NCBI GenBank assembly: GCA_964016885.1
Contig: OZ024750.1
Coordinates: 34,906,001-34,970,000 of the forward strand
Origin: Eledone cirrhosa
Lineage: Eukaryota
Length of the DNA: 64,000 bases
Direction of reading: 5' to 3'
Part shown: positions 1-14,370 of the stretch, one piece after another
How the letters are laid out: the number at the start of each line of letters is the position of its first letter
Numbering within the stretch: position 1 is the first letter of the stretch
Notes under the pieces: generated by a model
The model's database searches: none
What the model saw: the letters and a program-made list of their open reading frames with translations, nothing else
What the model was told of the DNA's origin: nothing
Made by a program: the position numbers and the translations under genes

Positions 1-801
1 TTGAACAACTACCACATCTTGACTTGACAACTACCACATCTTGACTTGAACAACCACCACATCTTGACTTGAACAACTGCCACACATCTTGACTTGAACA
101 ATTACCACATCTTGACTTGAACAACTACAACTTCTTGACTTGAACAACCAACACATCTTGACTTGACAACTACCACATCTTGACTTGAACAACCACCACA
201 TCTTGACTTGAACAACTACCACATCTTGACTTGACAACTACCACATCTTGACTTGAACAACTGCCACATCTTGACTTGACAACTACCACATCTTGACTTG
301 AACAACTGCCACATCTTGACTTGACAACTATCACATCTTGACTTGACAACTACCACATCTTGACTTGACAACCACCACACATCTTGACTTGAACAACTAC
401 CACATCTTGACTTGACAACTACCACATCTTGACTTGAACAACTACCACATCTTGACTTGACAACCACCACACATCTTGACTTGAACAACTACCACATCTT
501 GACTTGACAACTAGCACATCTTGACTTGAACAACCACCACATCTTGACTTGAAAACTACCACATCTTGACTTGACAACCACTACACATCTTGACTTGAAC
601 AACTGCCACATCTTGACTTGAACAACCACAACACATCTTGACTTGAACAATTACCACATCTTGACTTGAACAACTACAATTTCTTGACTTGAACAACCAC
701 CACATATTGACTTGACAACTACCACATCTTGACTTGAACAACCACCACATCTTGACTTGAACAACTACCACATCTTGACTTGACAACTACCACATCTTGA
801 C

Positions 802-3800
802 TTGAACAACTGCCACATCTTGACTTGACAACTACCACATCTTAACTTGAACAACCACCACATCTCGACTTGAACAACTACCACATATTGACTTGACAAC
901 TATCACATCTTGACTTGAACAACTACCACATCTTGACTTGACAACTATCACATCTTGACTTGAACAACTACCACATCTTGACTTGAACAACTGCCTTATC
1001 TTGACTTGAAAACTACCACATCTTGACTTGACAACCACCACACATCTTGACTTGAACAACTACCACATCTTGACAATGACAACTACCATATCTTGACTTG
1101 ACAACCACCACACATCTTGACTTGAACAACTACCACATCTTGACTTGACAACTACCACATCTTGACTTGAACAACTACCACATCTTGACTGGACAACCAC
1201 CACACATCTTGACTTGAACAACTACCACATCTTGACTTGACAACTACCACATCTTGACTTGAACAACCACCACATCTTGACTTGAACAACTACCACATAT
1301 TGACTTGACAACTACCACATCTTGACTTGAACAACTACCACATCTTGACTTGACAACTACCACATCTTGACTTGAACAACCACCACATCTTGACTTGAAC
1401 AACCACAACACATCTTGACTTGAACAATTACCACATCTTGACTTGAACAACTACAACTTCTTGACTTGAACAACCACCACATCTTGACTTGACAACTACC
1501 ACATCTTGACTTGAACAACCACCACATCTTGACTTGAACAACTACCACATCTTGACTTGAACAACTGCCACATCTTGACTTGACAACTACCACATCTTGA
1601 CTTGACAACTACCACATCTTGACTTGACAACCACCACACATCTTGACTTGAACAACTACCACATCTTGACTTGACAACTACCACATCTTGACTTGAACAA
1701 CTACCACATCTTGACTTGACAACCACCACACATCTTGACTTGAACAACTACCACATCTTGACTTGACAACTACCACATCTTGACTTGAACAACCACCACA
1801 TCTTGACTTGAAAACTACCACATCTTGACTTGAACAACTACCACATCTTGACTTGACAACCACCACACATCTTGACTTGAACAACTACCACATCTTGACA
1901 TGACAACTACCACATCTTGACTTGACAACCACCACACATCTTGACTTGAACAACTACCACATCTTGACTTGACAACTACCACATCTTGACTTGAACAACT
2001 ACCACATCTTGACTTGACAACCACCACACATCTTGACTTGAACAACTACCACATCTTGACTTGAACAACTATCACATCTTGACTTGACAACTACCACATC
2101 TTGACTTGAACAACTACAACATCTTGACTTGAACAACCACCACATCTTGACTTGACAACTACCACATCTTGACTTGAACAACCACCACATCTTGACTTGA
2201 ACAACTACCACATCTTGACTTGACAACTACCACATCTTGACTTGAACAACTACCACATCTTGACTTGACAACTACCACATCTTGACTTGAACAACCACCA
2301 CATCTTGACTTGAACAACTGCCACATCTTGACTTGACAACTACCACATCTTAACTTGAACAACCACCACATCTCGACTTGAACAACTACCACATATTGAC
2401 TTGACAACTATCACATCTTGACTTGAACAACTACCACATCTTGACTTGACAACTATCACATCTTGACTTGAACAACTACCACATCTTGACTTGAACAACT
2501 GCCTTATCTTGACTTGAAAACTACCACATCTTGACTTGACAACCACCACACATCTTGACTTGAACAACTACCACATCTTGACAATGACAACTACCATATC
2601 TTGACTTGACAACCACCACACATCTTGACTTGAACAACTACCACATCTTGACTTGACAACTACCACATCTTGACTTGAACAACTACCACATCTTGACTGG
2701 ACAACCACCACACATCTTGACTTGAACAACTACCACATCTTGACTTGACAACTACCACATCTTGACTTGAACAACCACCACATCTTGACTTGAACAACTA
2801 CCACATATTGACTTGACAACTACCACATCTTGACTTGAACAACTACCACATCTTGACTTGACAACTACCACATCTTGACTTGAACAACCACCACATCTTG
2901 ACTTGAACAACCACAACACATCTTGACTTGAACAATTACCACATCTTGACTTGAACAACTACAACTTCTTGACTTGAACAACCACCACATCTTGACTTGA
3001 CAACTACCACATCTTGACTTGAACAACCACCACATCTTGACTTGAACAACTACCACATCTTGACTTGAACAACTGCCACATCTTGACTTGACAACTACCA
3101 CATCTTGACTTGACAACTACCACATCTTGACTTGACAACCACCACACATCTTGACTTGAACAACTACCACATCTTGACTTGACAACTACCACATCTTGAC
3201 TTGAACAACTACCACATCTTGACTTGACAACCACCACACATCTTGACTTGAACAACTACCACATCTTGACTTGACAACTACCACATCTTGACTTGAACAA
3301 CCACCACATCTTGACTTGAAAACTACCACATCTTGACTTGAACAACTACCACATCTTGACTTGACAACCACCACACATCTTGACTTGAACAACTACCACA
3401 TCTTGACATGACAACTACCACATCTTGACTTGACAACCACCACACATCTTGACTTGAACAACTACCACATCTTGACTTGACAACTACCACATCTTGACTT
3501 GAACAACTACCACATCTTGACTTGACAACCACCACACATCTTGACTTGAACAACTACCACATCTTGACTTGAACAACTATCACATCTTGACTTGACAACT
3601 ACCACATCTTGACTTGAACAACTACAACATCTTGACTTGAACAACCACCACATCTTGACTTGACAACTACCACATCTTGACTTGAACAACCACCACATCT
3701 TGACTTGAACAACTACCACATCTTGACTTGACAACTACCACATCTTGACTTGAACAACTACCACATCTTGACTTGACAACTACCACATCTTGACTTGAAC

Positions 3801-3817
3801 AACCACCACATCTTGAC
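802..3817 (+). repeat. 1508-bp tandem duplication (802-2309 / 2310-3817)
   Basis: Identical ORFs at offset 1508 (832/2340, 1244/2752, 1999/3507). Shared rare variants CTTAAC, TCTCGAC, GCCTTATC, GACAATGAC, GACTGGAC and TATTGAC (~1298/2806). Confidence 0.93.
1395..1465 (+). repeat. Representative copy of the recurrent 71-bp three-monomer cassette (TTGAACAACCACAACACATCTTGAC-TTGAACAATTACCACATCTTGAC-TTGAACAACTACAACTTCTTGAC)
   Basis: The same ordered trio of variant monomers recurs across the window (e.g. ~618, 2903, 4415, 8915, 31630, 42630, 52470, 63150), roughly 80 times by eye. Confidence 0.9.
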
Positions 3818-4497
3818 TTGAACAACTACCACATCTTGACTTGACAACCACCACGCATCTTGACTTGAACAACTACCACATCTTGACTTGACAACTACCA
3901 CATCTTGACTTGAACAACTACCACATCTTGACTTGACAACCACCACACATCTTGACTTGAACAACTACCACATCTTGACATGACAACTACCACATCTTGA
4001 CTTGACAACCACCACACATCTTGACTTGAACAACTACCACATCTTGACTTGACAACTACCACATCTTGACTTGAACAACTACCACATCTTGACTTGACAA
4101 CCACCACACATCTTGACTTGAACAACTACCACATCTTGACTTGAACAACTACCACATCTTGACTTGACAACTACCACATCATGACTTGAACAACTACAAC
4201 ATCTTGACTTGAACAACCACCACATCTTGACTTGACAACTACCACATCTTGACTTGAACAACCACCACATCTTGACTTGAACAACTACCACATCTTGACT
4301 TGACAACTACCACATCTTGACTTGACAACTACCACATCTTGACTTGAACAACCACCACATCTTGACTTGAACAACTGCCACACATCTTGACTTGAACAAC
4401 TACCACATCTTGACTTGAACAACCACAACACATCTTGACTTGAACAATTACCACATCTTGACTTGAACAACTACAACTTCTTGACTTGAATAACCAA

Positions 4498-7400
4498 CAC
4501 ATCTTGACTTGACAACTACCACATCTTGACTTGAACAACCACCACATCTTGACTTGAACAACTACCACATCTTGACTTGACAACTACCACATCTTGACTT
4601 GAACAACTGCCACATCTTGACTTGACAACTACCACATCTTGACTTGAACAACTACCACATCTTGACTTGAACAACTGCCACATCTTGACTTGACAACTAC
4701 CACATCTTGACTTGACAACTACCACATGTTGACTTGACAACTACCACATCTTGACTTGAACAACCACCACATCTTGACTTGAACAACCACAACACATCTT
4801 GACTTGAACAATTACCACATCTTGACTTGAACAACTACAACTTCTTGACTTGAACAACCACCACATATTGACTTGACAACTACCACATCTTGACTTGAAC
4901 AACCACCACATCTTGACTTGAACAACTACCATATCTTGACTTGACAACTACCACATCTTGACTTGAACAACTGCCACATCTTGACTTGACAACTACCACA
5001 TCTTAACCTGAACAACCACCACATCTTGACTTGAACAACTACCACATCTTGACTTGACAACTATCACATCTTGACTTGAACAACTACCACATCTTGACTT
5101 GAACAACTGCCTTATCTTGACTTGAAAACTACCACATCTTGACTTGACAACCACCACACATCTTGACTTGAACAACTACCACATCTTGACATGACAACTA
5201 CCACATCTTGACTTGACAACCACCACACATCTTGACTTGAGCAACTACCACATCTTGACTTGACAACTACCACATCTTGACTTGAACAACTACCACATCT
5301 TGACTTGACAACCATCACACCTCTTGACTTGAACAACTACCACATCTTGACTTGACAACTACCACATCTTGACTTGAACAACCACCACATCTTGACTTGA
5401 ACAACTACCACATCTTGACTTGACAACTACCACATCTTGACTTGAACAACTACCACATCTTGACTTGACAACTACCACATCTTGACTTGGACAACCACCA
5501 CATCTTGACTTGAACAACCACAACACATCTTGACTTGAACAATTACCACATCTTGAATTGAACAACTACAACTTCTTGATTGAACAACCACCACATCTTG
5601 ACTTGACAACTACCACATCTTGACTTGAACAACCACCACATCTTGACTTGAACAACTTCCACATCTTGACATGACAACTACCACATCTTGACTTGACAAC
5701 GACCACACATCTTGACTTGAACAACTACCACATCTTGACTTGACAACTACCACATCTTGACTTGAACAACTACCACATCTTGACTTGACAACCATCACAC
5801 ATCTTGACTTGAACAACTACCACATCTTGACTTGACAACTACCACATCTTGACTTGAACAACCACCACATCTTGACTTGAACAACTACCACATCTTGACT
5901 TGACAACTACCACATCTTGACTTGAACAACTACCACATCTTGACTTGACAACTACCACATCTTGACTTGAACAACCACCACATCTTGACTTGAACAACCA
6001 CAACACATCTTGACTTGAACAATTACCACATCTTGAATTGAACAACTACAACTTCTTGATTGAACAACCACCACATCTTGACTTGACAACTACCACATCT
6101 TGACTTGAACAACCACCACATCTTGACTTGAACAACTACCACATCTTGACTTGACAACTACCACATCTTGACTTGAACAACTGCCACATCTTGACTTGAC
6201 AACTACCACATCTTGACTTGACAACCACCACACATCTTGACTTGAACAACCACCACATCTTGACTTGAACAACTACCACATCTTGACTTGACAACCACCA
6301 CGCATCTTGACTTGAACAACTACCACATCTTGACTTGACAACTACCACATCTTGACTTGAACAACCACCACATCTTGACTTGAACAACTACCACATCTTG
6401 ACTTGACAACTACCACATCTTGACTTGAACAACTGCCACATCTTGACTTGACAACTACCACATCTTGACTTGAACAACTACCACATCTTGACTTGAACAA
6501 CTGCCACATCTTGACTTGACAACTACCACATCTTGACTTGACAACTACCACATGTTGACTTGACAACTACCACATCTTGACTTGAACAACCACCACATCT
6601 TGACTTGAACAACCACAACACATCTTGACTTGAACAATTACCACATCTTGACTTGAACAACTACAACTTCTTGACTTGAACAACCACCACATATTGACTT
6701 GACAACTACCACATCTTGACTTGAACAACCACCACATCTTGACTTGAACAACTACCATATCTTGACTTGACAACTACCACATCTTGAATTGAACAACTGC
6801 AACATCTTGACTTGACAACTACCACATCTTAACCTGAACAACCACCACATCTTGACTTGAACAACTACCACATCTTGACTTGACAACTATCACATCTTGA
6901 CTTGAACAACTACCACATCTTGACTTGAACAACTGCCTTATCTTGACTTGAAAACTACCACATCTTGACTTGACAACCACCACACATCTTGACTTGAACA
7001 ACTACCACATCTTGACATGACAACTACCACATCTTGACTTGACAACCACCACACATCTTGACTTGAACAACTACCACATCTTGACTTGACAACTACCACA
7101 TCTTGACTTGAACAACTACCACATCTTGACTTGACAACCATCACACCTCTTGACTTGAACAACTACCACATCTTGACTTGACAACTACCACATCTTGACT
7201 TGAACAACCACCACATCTTGACTTGAACAACTACCACATCTTGACTTGACAACTACCACATCTTGACTTGAACAACTACCACATCTTGACTTGACAACTA
7301 CCACATCTTGACTTGAACAACCACCACATCTTGACTTGAACAACCACAACACATCTTGACTTGAACAATTACCACATCTTGAATTGAACAACTACAACTT

Positions 7401-7688
7401 CTTGATTGAACAACCACCACATCTTGACTTGACAACTACCACATCTTGACTTGAACAACCACCACATCTTGACTTGAACAACTTCCACATCTTGACATGA
7501 CAACTACCACATCTTGACTTGACAACCACCACACATCTTGACTTGAACAACTACCACATCTTGACTTGACAACTACCACATCTTGACTTGAACAACTACC
7601 ACATCTTGACTTGACAACCATCACACATCTTGACTTGAACAACTACCACATCTTGACTTGACAACTACCACATCTTGACTTGAACAAC
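4498..7688 (+). repeat. 1826-bp period duplication (second copy truncated here; complete at ~15170-18860)
   Basis: ORF offset 1826: 4516/6342, 4741/6567, 4993/6819, 5610/7436, and 15191/17017, 16765/18591. Markers CATGTTGAC, TTAACCTG, CACACCTC, AACTTCCAC. Confidence 0.88.
5165..6130 (+). repeat. 480-bp tandem duplication nested in the 1826-bp unit
   Basis: GACATGAC at ~5188/5668 and GAATTGAAC...CTTCTTGATTG at ~5555/6035. ORF offset 480 also at 16034/16514, 17860/18340, 22023/22503, 23597/24077, 25423/25903 and 27161/27641. Confidence 0.88.
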
Positions 7689-8239
7689 TATCACATCTTG
7701 ACTTGACAACTACCACATCTTGACTTGAACAACTACAACATCTTGACTTGAACAACCACCACATCTTGACTTGACAACTACCACATCTTGACTTGAACAA
7801 CCACCACATCTTGACTTGAACAACTACCACATCTTGACTTGACAACTACCACATCTTGACTTGAACAACTACCACATCTTGACTTGACAACTACCACATC
7901 TTGACTTGAACAACCACCACATCTTGACTTGAACAACTACCACATCTTGACTTGACAACCACCACGCATCTTGACTTGAACAACTACCACATCTTGACTT
8001 GACAACTACCACATCTTGACTTGAACAACTACCACATCTTGACTTGACAACCACCACACATCTTGACTTGAACAACTACCACATCTTGACATGACAACTA
8101 CCACATCTTGACTTGACAACCACCACACATCTTGACTTGAACAACTACCACATCTTGACTTGACAACTACCACATCTTGACTTGAACAACTACCACATCT
8201 TGACTTGACAACCACCACACATCTTGACTTGAACAACTA

Positions 8240-9300
8240 CCACATCTTGACTTGAACAACTACCACATCTTGACTTGAACAACTACCACATCTTGACTTG
8301 GCAACTACAACATCTTGACTTGAACAACCACTACATCTTGACTTGAACAACTGCCACACATCTTGACTTGAACAACTACCACATCTTGACTTGAACAACC
8401 ACAACACATCTTGACTTGAACAATTACCACATTTTGACTTGAACAACTACAACTTCTTGACTTGAACAACCACCACATCTTGACTTGACAACTACCACAT
8501 CTTGACTTGAACAACCACCATATTTTGACTTGAACAACTACCACATCTTGACTTGACAACTACCACATCTTGACTTGAACAACTGCCACATCTTGACTTG
8601 ACAACTACCACATCTTGACTTGAACAACTACCACATGTTGACTTGAACATCTGCCACATCTTGACTTGACTACTACCACATCTTGACTTGAACAACTACC
8701 ACATCTTGACTTGAAAAACAACGACATCTTGACTTGAACAACCACCACATCTTGATTTGAACAACTACCACATCTTGACTTGACAACTATCACATCTTGA
8801 CTTGAACAACTACCACATCTTGACTTGACAACTACCACATCTTGACTTGAACAACTACCACATCTTGACTTGACAACTACCACATCTTGACTTGAACAAC
8901 CACCACATCTTGACTTGAACAACCACAACACATCTTGACTTGAACAATTACCACATCTTGACTTGAACAACTACAACTTCTTGACTTGAACAACCACCAC
9001 ATCTTGACTTGACAACTACCACATCTTGACTTGAACAACCACCACATCTTGACTTCAACAACTACCACATCTTGACTTGACAACTACCACATCTTGACTT
9101 GAACAACTGCCACATCTTGACTTGACAACTACCACATCTTGACTTGACAACTACCACATCTTGACATGACAACCACCACACATCTTGACTTGAACAACTA
9201 CCACATCTTGACTTGACAACTACCACATCTTGACTTGAACAACTACCACATCTTGACTTGACAACCACCACGCATCTTGACTTGAACAACTACCACATCT
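8240..9300 (+). repeat. Isolated copy of the ~1075-bp central-domain unit
   Basis: ORF offset 28015 (8305/36320, 8605/36620, 9062/37077). Markers CATTTTGAC, GAACATCTGCC, GACTACTACC and GAAAAACAACGAC are otherwise seen only beyond 31 kb. Confidence 0.85.
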
Positions 9301-12300
9301 TGACTTGACAACTACCACATCTTGACTTGACAACTACCACATCTTGACTTGACAACCACCACACATCTTGACTTGAACAACTACCACATCTTGACTTGAC
9401 AACTACCACATCTTGACTTGAACAACTACCACATCTTGACTTGACAACCATCACACATCTTGACTTGAACAACTACCACATCTTGACTTGACAACTACCA
9501 CATCTTGACTTGAACAACCACCACATCTTGACTTGAACAACTACCACATCTTGACTTGACAACTACCACATCTTGACTTGAACAACTACCACATCTTGAC
9601 TTGACAACTACCACATCTTGACTTGAACAACCACCACATCTTGACTTGAACAACTGCCACACATCTTGACTTGAACAATTACCACATCTTGACTTGAACA
9701 ACTACAACTTCTTGACTTGAACAACCAACACATCTTGACTTGACAACTACCACATCTTGACTTGAACAACCACCACATCTTGACTTGAACAACTACCACA
9801 TCTTGACTTGACAACTACCACATCTTGACTTGAACAACTGCCACATCTTGACTTGACAACTAACACATCTTGACTTGAACAACTGCCACATCTTGACTTG
9901 ACAACTATCACATCTTGACTTGACAACTACCATATCTTGACTTGACAACAACAACACATCTTGACTTGAACAACTACCACATCTTGACTTGACAACTACC
10001 ACATCTTGACTTGAACAACTACCACATCTTGACTTGACAACCACCACACATCTTGACTTGAACAACTACCACATCTTGACTTGACAACTAGCACATCTTG
10101 ACTTGAACAACCACCACATCTTGACTTGAAAACTACCACATCTTGACTTGACAACCACTACACATCTTGACTTGAACAACTGCCACATCTTGACTTGAAC
10201 AACCACAACACATCTTGACTTGAACAATTACCACATCTTGACTTGAACAACTACAATTTCTTGACTTGAACAACCACCACATATTGACTTGACAACTACC
10301 ACATCTTGACTTGAACAACCACCACATCTTGACTTGAACAACTACCACATCTTGACTTGACAACTACCACATCTTGACTTGAACAACTGCCACATCTTGA
10401 CTTGACAACTACCACATCTTAACTTGAACAACCACCACATCTCGACTTGAACAACTACCACATATTGACTTGACAACTATCACATCTTGACTTGAACAAC
10501 TACCACATCTTGACTTGACAACTATCACATCTTGACTTGAACAACTACCACATCTTGACTTGAACAACTGCCTTATCTTGACTTGAAAACTACCACATCT
10601 TGACTTGACAACCACCACACATCTTGACTTGAACAACTACCACATCTTGACATGACAACTACCATATCTTGACTTGACAACCACCACACATCTTGACTTG
10701 AACAACTACCACATCTTGACTTGACAACTACCACATCTTGACTTGAACAACTACCACATCTTGACTGGACAACCACCACACATCTTGACTTGAACAACTA
10801 CCACATCTTGACTTGACAACTACCACATCTTGACTTGAACAACCACCACATCTTGACTTGAACAACCACAACACATCTTGACTTGAACAATTACCACATC
10901 TTGACTTGAACAACTACAACTTCTTGACTTGAACAACCACCACATCTTGACTTGACAACTACCACATCTTGACTTGAACAACCACCACATCTTGACTTGA
11001 ACAACTACCACATCTTGACTTGAACAACTGCCACATCTTGACTTGACAACTACCACATCTTGACTTGACAACTACCACATCTTGACTTGACAACCACCAC
11101 ACATCTTGACTTGAACAACTACCACATCTTGACTTGACAACTACCACATCTTGACTTGAACAACTACCACATCTTGACTTGACAACCACCACACATCTTG
11201 ACTTGAACAACTACCACATCTTGACTTGACAACTACCACATCTTGACTTGAACAACCACCACATCTTGACTTGAAAACTACCACATCTTGACTTGAACAA
11301 CTACCACATCTTGACTTGACAACCACCACACATCTTGACTTGAACAACTACCACATCTTGACATGACAACTACCACATCTTGACTTGACAACCACCACAC
11401 ATCTTGACTTGAACAACTACCACATCTTGACTTGACAACTACCACATCTTGACTTGAACAACTACCACATCTTGACTTGACAACCACCACACATCTTGAC
11501 TTGAACAACTACCACATCTTGACTTGAACAACTATCACATCTTGACTTGACAACTACCACATCTTGACTTGAACAACTACAACATCTTGACTTGAACAAC
11601 CACCACATCTTGACTTGACAACTACCACATCTTGACTTGAACAACCACCACATCTTGACTTCAACAACTACCACATCTTGACTTGACAACTACCACATCT
11701 TGACTTGAACAACTGCCACATCTTGACTTGACAACTACCACATCTTGACTTGACAACTACCACATCTTGACTTGACAACCACCACACATCTTGACTTGAA
11801 CAACTACCACATCTTGACTTGACAACTACCACATCTTGACTTGAACAACTACCACATCTTGACTTGACAACCACCACGTATCTTGACTTGAACAACTACC
11901 ACATCTTGACTTGACAACTACCACATCTTGACTTGACAACTACCACATCTTGACTTGACAACCACCACACATCTTGACTTGAACAACTACCACATCTTGA
12001 CTTGACAACTACCACATCTTGACTTGAACAACTACCACATCTTGACTTGACAACCATCACACATCTTGACTTGAACAACTACCACATCTTGACTTGACAA
12101 CTACCACATCTTGACTTGAACAACCACCACATCTTGACTTGAACAACTACCACATCTTGACTTGACAACTACCACATCTTGACTTGAACAACTACCACAT
12201 CTTGACTTGACAACTACCACATCTTGACTTGAACAACCACCACATCTTGACTTGAACAACTGCCACACATCTTGACTTGAACAATTACCACATCTTGACT

Positions 12301-14370
12301 TGAACAACTACAACTTCTTGACTTGAACAACCAACACATCTTGACTTGACAACTACCACATCTTGACTTGAACAACCACCACATCTTGACTTGAACAACT
12401 ACCACATCTTGACTTGACAACTACCACATCTTGACTTGAACAACTGCCACATCTTGACTTGACAACTACCACATCTTGACTTGAACAACTGCCACATCTT
12501 GACTTGACAACTATCACATCTTGACTTGACAACTACCACATCTTGACTTGACAACCACCACACATCTTGACTTGAACAACTACCACATCTTGACTTGACA
12601 ACTACCACATCTTGACTTGAACAACTACCACATCTTGACTTGACAACCACCACACATCTTGACTTGAACAACTACCACATCTTGACTTGACAACTAGCAC
12701 ATCTTGACTTGAACAACCACCACATCTTGACTTGAAAACTACCACATCTTGACTTGACAACCACTACACATCTTGACTTGAACAACTGCCACATCTTGAC
12801 TTGAACAACCACAACACATCTTGACTTGAACAATTACCACATCTTGACTTGAACAACTACAATTTCTTGACTTGAACAACCACCACATATTGACTTGACA
12901 ACTACCACATCTTGACTTGAACAACCACCACATCTTGACTTGAACAACTACCACATCTTGACTTGACAACTACCACATCTTGACTTGAACAACTGCCACA
13001 TCTTGACTTGACAACTACCACATCTTAACTTGAACAACCACCACATCTCGACTTGAACAACTACCACATATTGACTTGACAACTATCACATCTTGACTTG
13101 AACAACTACCACATCTTGACTTGACAACTATCACATCTTGACTTGAACAACTACCACATCTTGACTTGAACAACTGCCTTATCTTGACTTGAAAACTACC
13201 ACATCTTGACTTGACAACCACCACACATCTTGACTTGAACAACTACCACATCTTGACAATGACAACTACCATATCTTGACTTGACAACCACCACACATCT
13301 TGACTTGAACAACTACCACATCTTGACTTGACAACTACCACATCTTGACTTGAACAACTACCACATCTTGACTGGACAACCACCACACATCTTGACTTGA
13401 ACAACTACCACATCTTGACTTGACAACTACCACATCTTGACTTGAACAACCACCACATCTTGACTTGAACAACTACCACATCTTGACTTGACAACTACCA
13501 CATCTTGACTTGAACAACTACCACATCTTGACTTGACAACTACCACATCTTGACTTGAACAACCACCACATCTTGACTTGAACAACCACAACACATCTTG
13601 ACTTGAACAATTACCACATCTTGACTTGAACAACTACAACTTCTTGACTTGAACAACCACCACATCTTGACTTGACAACTACCACATCTTGACTTGAACA
13701 ACCACCACATCTTGACTTGAACAACTACCACATCTTGACTTGAACAACTGCCACATCTTGACTTGACAACTACCACATCTTGACTTGACAACTACCACAT
13801 CTTGACTTGACAACCACCACACATCTTGACTTGAACAACTACCACATCTTGACTTGACAACTACCACATCTTGACTTGAACAACTACCACATCTTGACTT
13901 GACAACCACCACACATCTTGACTTGAACAACTACCACATCTTGACTTGACAACTACCACATCTTGACTTGAACAACCACCACATCTTGACTTGAAAACTA
14001 CCACATCTTGACTTGAACAACTACCACATCTTGACTTGACAACCACCACACATCTTGACTTGAACAACTACCACATCTTGACATGACAACTACCACATCT
14101 TGACTTGACAACCACCACACATCTTGACTTGAACAACTACCACATCTTGACTTGACAACTACCACATCTTGACTTGAACAACTACCACATCTTGACTTGA
14201 CAACCACCACACATCTTGACTTGAACAACTACCACATCTTGACTTGAACAACTATCACATCTTGACTTGACAACTACCACATCTTGACTTGAACAACTAC
14301 AACATCTTGACTTGAACAACCACCACATCTTGACTTGACAACTACCACATCTTGACTTGAACAACCACCA
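9000..14370 (+). repeat. 2606/2720-bp tandem duplication
   Basis: GACTTCAAC variant C at 9056 and 11662. ORF offset 2606 (9062/11668 to 10409/13015), then 2720 (10820/13540 to 11462/14182), implying a 114-bp (five-monomer) indel. Confidence 0.88.

Noticed and set aside
24-29. TTGACA sigma70 -35 hexamer in every 22- and 24-mer
   Set aside because: No TATAAT-like -10 element lies 16-18 bp downstream (the sequence there is TGAACA/TGACAA), and there is nothing to transcribe.
46-68. Chi-like or G-quadruplex motif on the minus strand (TGTGGTGG)
   Set aside because: It does not match E. coli Chi (GCTGGTGG), and there are no GGG runs, so a canonical G4 is not supported.
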